DNA of 59,341 nt from positions 62,001 through 121,341 of the forward strand of contig JABLTG010000038.1 in the NCBI GenBank assembly GCA_016618085.1. The letters are read 5' to 3'. The position numbers and the translations under genes are program-made. Positions 12,711-25,721 of this stretch are shown in pieces. Position 1 is the first letter of the stretch. The number at the start of each line of letters is the position of its first letter. Source of the DNA: Neovahlkampfia damariscottae (Eukaryota). The notes below the pieces were generated by a model that was not told the origin of the DNA, searched no databases, and saw only the letters and a list, made by a program, of their open reading frames with translations.

Positions 12711-14011
12711 ATGCACAAAATTATTTTCCTCACCGTTTGTGTGGTATGGATGACGGTGAATGCTTCTGGATTTCAAAAATGTGACTTAAGAGAATCTGTA
12801 TATGAATTAACATCACCTCCTTCAAGTATTTCACCAAAACCTGATCGATATGAACTGCCTCAAGTGAAACAACACATTGACAAAAAATCATTATCCATAT
12901 TCGCTGATAACAAAGCAGAATCATTATCATGCATTGATGCAAGGGATACAGACGCTGTTTTTGGAACTCCTGGTGGTAAAAAAAGTTTTTTTTTCATTTT
13001 TTCACAAAAGGTGATTTTGGTGAATTGATTTTGGCTTTACAATCTTACTCTACTGTGAAAAATATAAAGTTGGAAAAAGATAAAATAATGGAAATAATGA
13101 AGCAATATATTGAAGAAATAGCATCAGAATTTCGACCTTTTTACTATCATACTTCACAAGAAAAGTTAGCAGCTTTGTTCAAAAATGTTACACCTAATGT
13201 GATTATTTTACCGACTACTTTTCCATACAACGCAACTGAGTGGTATGAAAAGTTAATAAAACCTGATCATCAAGGTTGTGGGCATGTTAATTTGCTTTTA
13301 ACGATGCCAACTCAAATGGGAATTTCGGATTTGAATATTGTTCATTATTCATTACAGTCTCTTTTTGAATTATTTTGGACACCAGATATTTTGGTTAATA
13401 AGATTAAGATTGATGTGCTTCAAGGTAGTTTGGATCCAGATGCTGTTATTTCAGTGAGCAATACTGGTTGTGATCATGAGAATCCACTATTGACTCCAAA
13501 CAAATTTGGTTCGTCGGTTTTTATTCATCATGAAAGTGCAGCAACAGATTTTCGAGATACTTCTATTACTAAATTCTTTAAAAAATATGATAAGTCAGTT
13601 AACAAAGCTCAACTATTGACTGAAATGAATAAACTAGGAAAAACTCAAATGAATTGTTTATTGAAGAATTTACCATCAGCTGCTGCTGTAAATGCATTTT
13701 CAGTGAAGTTGAAATCATCAGTTTCATTTAACATTGCAACATCTGAAGTTGATTTTTTTGTAAAATGGAGTTTGCTTGGAATTACAGCTTTTTTTGGTTT
13801 GATTTGTTGGGTGATTTTTACGGCCATTTTTTGTTTTTTTGTTGGATCAACATATCAAGCATCAAAGAATATCAAGTTTAAAGTGGCTGATGATCATATC
13901 AAAGGAAAAGAATCTTTCTTTGAAAAAGTTACAGATGATCTGTTTGAAACACCAAAAATCAACACTGAAGTAAAAGTGATTGAAGTCGAATTGAATGATA
14001 AACTTGAATAA
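12711..14011 (+). CDS. Type I membrane protein with carbonic anhydrase-like (Cys-His-Cys) ectodomain
   Basis: Signal peptide; SCIDAR...GTPGG|DFGE, YYHTS, HQGCGH; C-terminal TM helix; intron ~12977-13010. Confidence 0.6.
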
Positions 14012-14017
14012 ATTTTA

Positions 14018-15265
14018 TTAATTGATGCATGTGGATTCAATATATGGCAATGATTGCATTTCAGTTAATCGTGAAATGGTTCTTTTATATGAGAATGATA
14101 TATCTTTCAAGTTCGATACTACACCTATAGGAGCACCATCTTCCATTGTATCTGTCAATGAAACATCACCTCTTAAATCAGTAATTTTACTCCTTGATTG
14201 ATCATATTCAATGAAATTATCATTAGATAACACAAAGAGTTCATTAATTGATTTTTCACAATTCAAGTAAATTCTCATCTTGTTTTCGTACAAGATATCA
14301 ATCAAAATGATGAATTTTGTAATTCTTGGATCATGATTCTCCAATCTAATGATCAATTGTGGTATATTTGAAATAATGAAGGTATTAAAATGATTAGTCA
14401 ATTCTATGAAATCTGAGTATCCAAATCGATCAGATCCACAAATTTCATCAAAAGTGAAAGAACTGCAAGTGTCTCCTCTCACTCTAGGTATCAATATTTT
14501 TCTTCCAAATGAGATAATTTCTTTCTGAGTTTCAATTGCTCCATAAGAATGAAATATATTTTCCAATTCCATTTTGTTGGATTCATTTAAAGGATAACTA
14601 TAAATCTTGAATGAATTCTCAACAAAATTCTTCTTTCTGTAGTCAAATTCATTTGTTAAATTAAAAATTTCACAATGTGCTTGAAGTTTATTGATAAAAG
14701 GAAGGAAAAACTCTCTATTTATTCCATCTTTGTATAATTCATTGGGATGACGATTTGAGGTTGTAATAATCACCACACCCAATTCAAATAGTTCATTAAA
14801 TAATCTTTTTATCATCATTGAATCTGCGATATCAGTGACCTTTGAAACGTTAAAAATTATCATGTAACCTACTTGCATTTCATCAAAAAATAACAACCAT
14901 GATTCATTCATAATTTCTTGAGCTATAATATTAAAGTAGTTTAATTCATTTTGACTTCTTAATTGATGGATTTTTTTGTGCATTTCCATCATGAATTTGT
15001 GAAAGTGTGTTCGTTTTTTACTTGAAATTTGACAAATTTGAAAAAAAGTGTCCATGATTGAAGTTTTACCTATAATCAATTAATAAATTTTTTGTTTAAA
15101 AAAACCTGTTCCAACAGAACCATAGATGTATAATCCTTTTGAAAATTTTTTTAATTCTAAATTTTCAAATTTTTGAACCAATTTCCTTTGATTTTCATCT
15201 GGAAATATCTGTTTTTTATGTAATGATTGAATTAATTTAGAATAACAAAAAAAATTCTTCCTCAT
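14018..15265 (-). CDS. AFG1: AFG1/LACE1 (ZapE-like) ATPase, spliced
   Basis: GLYIYGSVGTG|KTSIMDTFF, THFHKFM, FDEMQ|VTDIADSM, TSNRHPNELY, RTISRLTEMQS. Confidence 0.92.
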
Positions 15266-15409
15266 GAGTTTGTTAAGTGATTTAACAGTTCAAATTGACC
15301 AATAAAAATCAACATTCTACAATTTCTGTTTAAATATTATTTTTTTTTTTCAACATTTTTCTTGAAGTTGAAAAACTAGCGCGGAATTTTCCTGTCCAAT
15401 TAAAACAAA

Positions 15410-16581
15410 ATGGAAAAATACGACCAAAACACGTATGTAGGAAGAGTTAGACATTTTTTGGAAGTCACTTCACCTTCCAATTTGTTCATAACCAAAAAGA
15501 AATTGGAAATTTATCAACAAACATTAAAAGATTTTGAAGGAGGAAAAGATGTTCCAAAGTCAGAATACTTCAAAGCAAAAACAGGTGTATCTTCTATGGT
15601 TCATCCAGATACAGGAAAAGTGATTCCTATGGCACTTAGAATGTCGTATGACAAAAAAAAAACGAAATTTAATTTTTAGATTTTTTGTTCCTGGAAATGT
15701 TTTAGTTGTTTTAGGAATGTTAAAAGCACAATCTCTTGGTTCAATTGTTTTATGGCAATCCATAAATCAAACTTATAGTTTTGTTTTTTTTTTGTTTAAC
15801 TTTTTTTTTTAAAAAGATGTTGGAGTTAATTATGCAAATTCAAATCAAAGTAATCCTTTAACAACAAAACAATTGGGTGTTTCTTACCTTGGTGCTTTAG
15901 TTTCTTCTGTTGGAACAGCTGTTGGAGCGAGTAAGACCATCTTTTATTTTTAATTTTTTTTTTAGAGGAATTAGTTTCAAGAGCTTCTTTCCTTTCAGCA
16001 GCAACAAAAGGAACATTGATGAATGTAAATACAACAAAAATTAAAATTCTAATTTCATGGTTAGTTTGTTCCTTTCACTGCAGTTTGTGCTGCAAATATT
16101 TTCAATATTTCATTAATGAGAATCAATGAATTAACAAAAGGTATTTCAGTATTTGATGAAGATGAAAATGAAATCGGAGTTTCACAAGTATGAATTTTCA
16201 TTTTAATTTTTTTTTTTTTACAATTAGAAAGCAGGACAAGTAGCTGTTTATAAAACAATCATTTCACGTTTAGTACTTGTTATACCAATTTTATTCATAC
16301 CACCAAGTAAATTTCACATTTTTATTTTTTTTGACAGTTTTTTGACAGTTTTAATGAATCTTGGAATGAGAATCAAATTTATGAAATCAAATCCAAAATT
16401 CCATCTTCCAATGGAGTTATCAATCATTACTTTATGCTTAGGACTTGGTTTACCTGCTTGTATTGGACTGTTTCCACAAACTGTTAAACTTGAAGTTGAA
16501 AAATTAGAAAAAGAATTTCAAAATGTTGAAAGAAAGAATGGAAAGAAATTGAACTATGTCTATTTCAATAAAGGTTTATAA
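15410..16581 (+). CDS. Sideroflexin (mitochondrial carrier, Mtc family), many small introns
   Basis: YDQNTYVGRVRHFLEVTSP, SMVHPDTG...RMS, WQSINQTY, GLFPQ, VYFNKGL*. Confidence 0.92.
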
Positions 16582-16804
16582 ATTTGTCAAAACAAACAAA
16601 TCGATTGTTTTTTTCATAACTTTGAATTCTTCACTTGTTTTTTTCGAATGACGTTGAGACAATCGGATTTTGTTAGTTTTCAATGTTCTAAAGCTAAAAA
16701 CGTATTTCTGAATTGTAACGTTTTTTTTTAAATACAATCAGTTTTATTGGTCAATTCAACAAACGTTAAAAAATTTTTGGCGCACAACAGAAAGAAGGAA
16801 GGAA

Positions 16805-17448
16805 ATGGTCAGAAAAAAAAACTTCAACTAATATTTTTGTAGAGCTACTTATCATCCAAAGACGTACAAAAAGTTACAAAAGAACTTATGACACTCATAA
16901 AAAAACCGATTGAAGGTATAACAGTCGAAGAAGTGACTGATGTTACAAAAGTAACAGCCATCATTGAAGGACCGGTTGAAACACCGTTTGAAAAAGGAGT
17001 GTTTCATGTAACACTTGAATTAGGTGAAGAATATCCACAAAAACCACCTAAAGGAAAATTTACAACAAAAATCTTTCATCCAAATGTATCAAAAACAGGT
17101 GAAATTTGCGTGAATACATTAAAGAAAGATTGGGAACCTACTTTGGGAATAACACATGTTCTTCAAGTTTGTCTAATTTTTTTTGAAATTTTAACTTTTC
17201 AAAAGGTCATTCGTTGTTTATTGATTGCTCCAAATCCAGCTAGTGCTTTAAACGAAGATGCAGGATTATTATTTCAAGAAGATTATGACAAATATTTTTC
17301 AAAAGCGAAAATGTTGACATCCATTCATGCAAAATCAAAAAAAGTTGAAAAAGTAGATTCTGAAAATAGTGATCAAAATTCAAAGGTTGAAAAGATAAAA
17401 GTTGATAAAACACCAACAAAAAAGAAAAAAACTCTTAAAAGATTGTAA
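16805..17448 (+). CDS. UBE2S: Ubiquitin-conjugating enzyme E2 S
   Basis: FHPNVSKTGEICVNTLKKDW, PNPASALNEDAG, C-terminal KKKKTLKRL typical of UBE2S; ATG-only first exon 16805-16807; intron 17167-17205. Confidence 0.92.
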
Positions 17449-17603
17449 AACAGGAGGGGAATATTCAAAAGAAAATAATAAATTTTTTGAATTGTTTGAA
17501 GAACTTCTTGTGTATTGTTATGGATTTTATTGTTTCAAATGTTTTAGTTTGCTTTTTTTTTTTCATCCAATCATTTGTTGATTCTTCAACGAAGTTTGTA
17601 ACA

Positions 17604-18049
17604 ATGGAACAAGCAGATCTTGGAATTGTTGGTTATAGTGCTCCTGAGTTTATCAGAATGTGTAAATGTTGTAAAAATCCAATTATAAATTACGGAAGAT
17701 TGGTAAGAGTTCAAAATAAAAAAAAATTAAAAAACTGAATTTTTTAGATGCCTTGTAAAAAAAAAATATTCACAAAAAATTAAATTTTTTAATTTTAGGT
17801 AAACATTACTTCTGTTTTTCATGTGCTGCAAAAATGAAAAACTGTGACTGGTAAACTTTTTATTTTCCATTTTTAATTTTTAAATTTTAAAAAAGGTGTG
17901 AACAGGAAATTCAAGAAGTTGTGAAAACCGATAAAATTTTCATATGTATGGTTTGTAATAAATCATATATGACACAATTAGATTACCAAGATCATCAAAA
18001 ACTCAGAGGTCATGGTTTTGGTTCAAGAAAAAATTACAACAAAAATTAA
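17604..18049 (+). CDS. CBLL1: Hakai/CBLL1-like RING + C2H2 protein (minimal)
   Basis: Spliced translation CKCCKNPIINYGRL-MPCKHYFCFSCA...CDWC...FICMVCNKSY...DYQDHQKLRGH matches the Hakai RING-HYB region. Confidence 0.78.
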
Positions 18050-19422
18050 AAAATTTCTTTATGTTCGTCAATATTTCTATGATCTTTTTCATAATCTATA
18101 TGAACAAAACATCTTTCTACATCATCTATTAATTCTATTTTTTTTTGTAAAGATTCACCAATGTCATGAGCAATATTCAAAGGTGTTTCTGGATCTAAAC
18201 CTATATCTAATTCAACCCATATTCCAACACCTACATGAAAAGCGCGTACTGTGTCAATAAACAAAACTGATGGATGATGATTAAAAGCTATTCTAGTTAA
18301 TCTTTGATGAAATCCACTTGAAGGTGATAATCCGATTAATTTTACAATTAAATCGTATGATTCTTGAACCCAATTTTTAATGATATATAATGAAGCTATA
18401 GTAGCAGCTAATGGATCAAGAACCCAAGTATATTGTGGATAAAGAAACTTTGAAATCAAAATCGCGGTCAACAGTAAACTATTGGAAATCACATCATTTC
18501 TATGATCCATAGAAAGAGCAATAACAGACGGAGACCATTTTTGAAACCTACACATCAAATATAAACATGATTTAGCAATGATAGTAAAACCCAAAGCGAA
18601 TATCCCAATATAGTAAGAAATATAGTCAAAAGGAGTCACCAAAACTTCGACAGTTATCGGAGTAATAAGATTATTTATAATCAATTCAATTGATTCTTTT
18701 ATAATTTCCAATGAACTAGTTGACATTACAGCTGCAAAGATGATAAATCCAATTGGTTCAAGTCTAGTTTTTCCAACTGGATATTTGTGTTCATCATTCT
18801 TTTTTCTTCTAAATCTATTTGTGAAATATAAAATTAAACCAGAAAATAAATCTAAAAAGAAGTTTCGGAAAAATTAATTTTTTTTTTGTTTACCTAAAAA
18901 GGAGTCCAGTGTTGAAGCTAAAACAGAAAGTGAAAGTGAAGTGATAGCAGCTGTTAATTTAATCAAAAATATTAAAATATTCATTAAAAAAGAAACTGTG
19001 AGTGAAAATTTTTCAACTCTTTCTCGCCACTTGTCCGTTTTTTGTCTTTTAATTTCTTCTGCTGTATTTTCTTCAGGATGTTCAGATTTTTGAATTAGAG
19101 CTTGATCTTCTTCAAAAAGTTCTTCAAGAAGTTCTTGTTTTTTGTAGAAATTTTTAACATTTTTTTTGTGAAAGAAATTACAACATTTTGATTTGTTTTC
19201 ATCTTTGTTTGTTAGTTTTCCTTCATATTTTCCATAGTGTTGTTTTCTGTATTCTCTTGTTTCGATGAAATGTATTGGTCTTGGAGAAGTTACTTCTGGT
19301 TCTGAGGTGTTTGGTGAGTTTATTTCTTGTATAGGTGTTGGTGATTCATTTGGTTCTGTGTTATTTAGTTGCTGAGAATTTTGGTTTTGGTTGGATGTTC
19401 TGGTCTCTAATTCAGTCTCCAT
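18046..19422 (-). CDS. Cation diffusion facilitator, Mn-CDF (MTP8-11-like)
   Basis: SVLASTLDSFL|DLFSG, YPVGKTRLEPIG, DHRND, AHDIGESLQKKIE, ERCFVHIDYE. Confidence 0.92.
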
Positions 19423-20136
19423 TGAAAAAATGTTTTGGTATTTGTCAATTTGCCAATGAAAATTTTGTCAAATTGATATATCAGCAGATCAATTTAAGTG
19501 GCAAATCAAAGTTTATTTCGAAATTGAAGCTTTAAAAGAAATTGGTTTAAACTTGGCATTGACTTTGTTCAAGAAACTTTTAAAGATAAAGTTTTCCAAC
19601 AAGTTTTAAATTTCAGGTTTTTGTTTGCTATGAGAAACATAATAATTTAAAAACCATGCTCAATAACTTGGTTTAGATTTGTTGAAACAAGTGGTTATTT
19701 TTTTTTGTCTTGGGCTGACAAAGGTAAACAAATTTCAACTTTAAATTCTTTTCAAATAGATTTTGAGATGAAGAATCTTTGAAGTTTGATTCATGTTTTT
19801 TCATTTTTTATCAAGCAATATTTTTGAACAGTTCATTTTGAAAGAGAGTTGTATTGAAAGGAATACTCCATTTAAACTTCAAAGGAGCTTGAATTAGTGC
19901 AAAAAACTTCATGAAAGCAAGAAGAACAATCAAGTATTTCTTTGAACTAATCAGACCAAATCAATTGCCGAATTTGGCTATTTTTTAAACGAATTGGGAG
20001 ACTAGCCGGTATTTTATGCTACCTCTAAATATTAATATTTCACCTAAAAAATGCATTTCCAGCTGCTTAAAAAAATTGACCATTCAAATATAAACATTGA
20101 AATGGGTGGTGTCCAATCAACGATTAGCTTATTGTT

Positions 20137-21577
20137 ATGACACAACAGTTCAACAAGACACAATATACCGTTCACTTTGACTCTGTATTCACAAACAAGA
20201 AAATGGGTGGTGCATTTAAGGATTTTTTAGCAACAGAACACAACTTGGATGCTTGGAACTTTTTACAAGCCATCAAAACCTTAGAAACTGTTACTGATGA
20301 AAAAGACAAAATAAAAAAAACAAGACATATCATGTCCAACTTCATCGAGCCTAACTCAAAAGAAGAGATAAACATCTCAGGAGAACTCAGAAATCACGTT
20401 CTAGCTGCTTTTAAAAAACAAGAAGAAAATGCGAAAGAATGGGTGCTTGAAGTATCACCAACTGAACTTTTTTCAGAATGCTTTAAACTTATTGTCAGTC
20501 TTTTGACTCATGATCCTTTCAAAAGATTTGTAAGAACGACTGAGTGCGAAAACGTAATGAAGCAATACCAACGAGATTCAACAGTAATTTCACCGGTCAT
20601 AACACAAACTTTTGGCTTTGACGATAGTTACTTTACAAATCCTCACTTTAGAGATCTAGATATTGACTTTTTCTTATCATTATTTAAAGACAGTTATCAT
20701 TGGGAAGTAAGATATCTTTTGGACGAACTAAAACCTTTCATAGTTAATTGGTTCAAAAATTACCGAAAATACAAATGCTTATATTTCAAAAACGAACTTC
20801 TTTCCTGACGTTTCAATTGTGAAAAAGTTAAAACTCTCAAAATTTGAAAGTTTTTTACCATGTACTTTTGATCAAGCTTTACTTAGTTATTTTGACAATG
20901 ATCAATTGTACAAAGCCGATCCAAATTGTGGAAAATATGAAACTGTACAATATTTTAGTTACGAAGAATTATTAGAACATCACAAAAACACCAAAACATC
21001 GGGTGATATTCAAAAATACAAAAGAGATACTGCTATCAGTAGAATTGAATTGAAATTACCATTCCCACTTGATCCAAGAGTCGCAAACTATGCTATGACT
21101 TGTTATTATGACCCTGTTGAAGAAGTTTTTATGAGAATTGGAAAGACATTCTTGAAAGAAGGAAAATGGGATGGGTCAACAAAAGTGGAAGAAGTGACTT
21201 TAAAAAGAGGAGCAAAACCGACAAAGAAAAAAGTTCATACCCTTTTTCTCTTTTCAGCTGGATTATATAAGAAATTAGATAACAAACGTGTATTTTATCA
21301 AGAAATCAATTTCAACAACTTTTCTGGATGGGCTTCTTCAAATGCGATGTCAAGAGTTATTATTAAAGAAAGAAAAGATAAATTTAGAAATCAAATGTTA
21401 GATTTAGCTAAAGATATCCCAGAAAATGCAAAAATCATGAGTTTAAAAGACGAATTATTCAGATTAATTGATGGAAAAATGAACGGTCTTGGAAATATTC
21501 TTTATAACACTATTCAACTCAACAAACCTGAAATAAAAGACGAAAAAAGATCTTCAACATTCACTGAAGAAGACTAA
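20137..21577 (+). CDS. RGS-START-like protein, copy 1
   Basis: RGS (FKDFLATEHN, EINIS, HDPFKRFV) joined by intron 20707-20743 to a helix-grip domain. Confidence 0.8.
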
Positions 21578-22065
21578 TATTAAAAATAAACACATTCTGT
21601 TTTCTTAACTCCAATTTTTTTTTGTTCAACTTTTGATGAAAAGAAGGCGAGGTTTGACTCAAAAAAGTTCAAACATCCTTAAGAATAAATAGCATATTCT
21701 TAAGAAGATAAATTTCAACGTTTTCTCAATGAAAATTATCACAACTTTTTTGGGTAGATTCAAAACTCCCAAAATGAAACACAAGTCCAAATTTGGATGT
21801 GCTTCGGAGAAAAATATAGATCATTTTTCACCTTCAATGGAGATCTAAAAGAAATATTTGTTCTCACATTTATTTTATGAGCTACTTTCGTTACATTTCC
21901 ATTTTTGACAGAAAGTTCTTTTTTAAGGTTTTTTTTGTTCCGTCTGGAAAACTGTAAATCATAGTGAAATGCTGAAAAAATAACAAAGGTTCATTCTTGG
22001 TTCAAATTAAATTCAGATTTTTTTGTTGATCGTATTGTCCAATCAAAATCGCTTTTGCTTCTAAC

Positions 22066-23464
22066 ATGACTCAAACCTTTGACAAAACTCAATTCACTGT
22101 TCACTTTGACTCAGTATTCACTAATAAGAAAATGGGTAACGCTTTTAAAGACTTCTTGGCGACAGAGCACAACTTGGACGCTTGGCATTTCCTAGAAACC
22201 ATAAAATCATTGGAAACTGTCACAGACTCAAAAGACAAAGTTAAACAGTCCGCACAAATCATCAAAAACTTCATTGAAGTTGGATCAAATGAAGAAATAA
22301 ACATATCAGCTGAGTTCAGAAACTATGTAACAACAACTTTTGAAAAACAAAAAAGTGAAGAATGGACTCTTGAAATGACACCTACAGAGCTTTTTTCAGA
22401 TTGCTTCAAGCTTGTTGTTAGTCTTTTAAGTCATGACTCCTTCAAAAGATTCGTCAGAAGTTCAGAATGTGAAGCAGTGATGAAACAATTCAGACACGAC
22501 AGTACAGTTATTTCACCTCTTATTACAAAGAAGTTTGGTTTTGATGACAAGTATTTCACAACACCTCATTTTAGAGATAGAGATATTGATTTCTTTTTAT
22601 CCATGTTTCAAGACAGTTACAATTGGAAAGTAAGAGCCAATATTTTTCACGAACTTTTTATAGTTGATCGGTTCAAAAGTTGAAGATACAATGAACGCTT
22701 ATATTTCAACCACCAACTTCTTGCCTGATGTTACAATATTAAAAAACTTAAAAGTTTCAAAATTTGAATGCTTTCTTCCTTGCACATTTGACCAAGCTTT
22801 ACTCAGTTACTTTTCAAATGAACAACTTTATAAATCAGATCCAAATTGTGGAAAATATGAAACTGATCAATATTATTCATATGAAGATTTATTAGAAGTC
22901 CATAAAAAAAACGGAAATGAAGAGGATATCACTAAATATAAAAGAGATACATCTGTCAGTTCAATGGCACTGAAATTACCATTTCCATTCAATTCAAGAG
23001 TTGCAAATTACGCTATGACTTGTCATTATGATCCAGAAACTGAAGTTTTTATGAGAATTGGAAAAACTTTTTCACCAGAAGGAAAATTTGGTCATAGAGA
23101 CGTACAGGCAATTCCAGCAAAAAGAGGGGCAGAACCAAAAAAAACAAAAGTTTATTCATTATTTCTTTTTTCAGCTGGTTTGTATAAAAAAATGGACAAC
23201 AATCGTGTATTCTATCAAGAAGTTAATTTCATGGATTTAGCTGGATGGTTCACTAAAGATGCTTTATTCAAAGTAGTTACAAAAGACAGAAAAGATAAAT
23301 TTAGAGATCAAATGTTGGATTTAGCAAGAGAGTTTCCTGATGATACAAAAATTTCTGAACAAAAACAAGCTTTGTTTGAATTAATTGACGGAAAAAAAAA
23401 TGGTCTTGGACAACTGCTTGTTAACACAATGGAACTGAATGCAAAAGAATCTGTGAGAGTTTAA
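22066..23464 (+). CDS. RGS-START-like protein, copy 2
   Basis: Paralog of copy 1; intron 22630-22663 at the same position. Confidence 0.8.
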
Positions 23465-23900
23465 TTTATAAATTTTTAATTTTATTTTCAATTTAAAACG
23501 TTTGGTTTTTTTAGAGTCTTCTAATGTGTGTTTCTCTTTCGGGCAGAGTTTTTAGCTCCAAATTCATTTTTTTCAACTTAATTCGGAAACAGCAAGGAGT
23601 TTTATTCAACTCAAATTGAGAAAATTAGACAACAAAAAATTCTCATTTCTTACTTTCTATGCAGTTAACCATTCATCCAATGTTTCTTCCGGATTTGAAC
23701 TAGTTGTTCCTTTTTGGCTTTTTAAGTTCTTATTTTGGAATTTTCTGGGATAAATTAGGAAGAAAGAAAATCAAACAGATGAAAAACCTGTTCTTCCTAA
23801 AACCAATATTTTATAAAAGAAAGATATTCCAGACAATTTTTAAAAAATCGAAGTTGATTTGTACCCAAATTGACCAATGAAATTCGCTTCTACTATAAAC

Positions 23901-25360
23901 ATGACTCAAGCGTTTGACAAGAGACAATTCACTGTTCACTTTGACTCAGTATTCACAAACAAGAAAATGGGCAATGCCTTTAAGGATTTCTTAGCTACAG
24001 AACACAACTTGGACGCTTGGAATTTCTTAACAGCTGTTAAAAGTTTGGAAACACTTACAGACCCAAAAGACAAAGTTAAAAAGACCAAAGAAATAATCGC
24101 AAACTTCATAGATGTAGGCTCAAAAGAAGAAATCAACATATCTGCTGAGCTGAGAAACGGTGTAACCAATACTTTCAGAAAACAAGAGGACTCAGAAGAA
24201 TGGTCCATTGAAGCAACACCAATAGAGGTTTTTTCAGATTGCTATAAACTTGTAGTTAACTTATTGACTCATGATCCATTCAAAAGATTCGTGAGAACAC
24301 CTGAATGCGAAGCTGTGATGAAACAATTCAAACACGATAGCACTGTTATTTCACCTCTTATAACAACAAGATTTGGTTTTGACGACGATTATTTCACTCA
24401 CCAACATTTCAGAGATAGAGATATTGATTTCTTTTTATCATTGTTTCAAGACAGTTACAATTGGACAGTAAACAAAATTCTTTTTTCTTAACATATTTCA
24501 AGATGATTGGGTCAAAAGTAGAAGATAGCATGAATGCTTATGTCTCACATACAAACTTCTTTCCTGATGTTACAGTAGTTAAGAAGTACCAAATTTCAAA
24601 ATTCGAAAGTGTGCTTCCTTGCACCATGGATCAAGCTTTACTCAGTTATTTTGACAACGAACAACTTTACAAATCTGATCCAAATTGTGGAAATTACGAA
24701 ACAACTGAATACCATACATACGATGATTTATTAGAATTTCATAAAAAAAGCAACACGTTAGATCATATTCAAAAATACAAAAGAGAAACTGCTGTCAGTA
24801 ATATTGTAATGAAATTACCATTTCCTTTCAATTCAAGAGTTGCAGATTATGCTATGACATGTTATTATGATCCAGAAAACGAAGTCTTCATGAGAATTGG
24901 AAAAACTTACATAAAAGAAGGAAAATTCGGAACAAAAGACAAAAAGGAAGTTCCTTTGAAAAGAGGAGCAGATCCTAAGAAAGCAAAAGTATATTCATTA
25001 TTTTTATTCTCTGCTGGATTATACAAAAAAATGGATAACAATAGAGTTTTCTATCAAGAAGTAAATATCAACAATTTAGCTGGATGGTTTTCTAAAGACG
25101 CATTATTCAAAGTTATTACAAAAGACAGAAAAGATAAATTTAGAGATCAAATGTTACAACTTGCAAGAGAATTTCCAGAAGATACAAAAATTGCAGACCA
25201 CAAAGAAAGATTATTTAAATTGGTGGATGGAAAACCAAATGGACTTGGACAACTTCTCATCAACACATTGGAAATTAACAAATCAAAAGAAGTTGAAAAA
25301 ACTGTTGAAAAAAAAGAAAAAGAATCAAAAACTGAAGACATTGTTCCACAAGAAGAATAA
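23901..25360 (+). CDS. RGS-START-like protein, copy 3
   Basis: Paralog; intron 24468-24502. Confidence 0.8.
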
Positions 25361-25721
25361 TTAATAAAATATTGAATTAATTTCATACTTATCTTGACTG
25401 CTATTTTTGGAGGATTTATCTTCACCAAAGAGAGGTCATCCAGATAAGGCAGTTCTTGCTTTTTGTTTTTGATGAATTGAAGAATAGCCCCAACTCATGA
25501 TTTTTGGTTTTATGTTTTGAAATACCCATGTACAGCTTTGGAAGTTGAATGCCCAAATTTGGATGAGGATTCTCAATTTGGAGATTTTTTTTATGCATGA
25601 AGAAGAAGGAATACATCAGTATTTTTACAAAATAACTTATTTTTACCAAGAAAATTAAAAAAGTAAAATATTTACTTTCTATTTGTCAATTTGCGTCCAA
25701 TCGAAACTCACTTCGTAAAAA

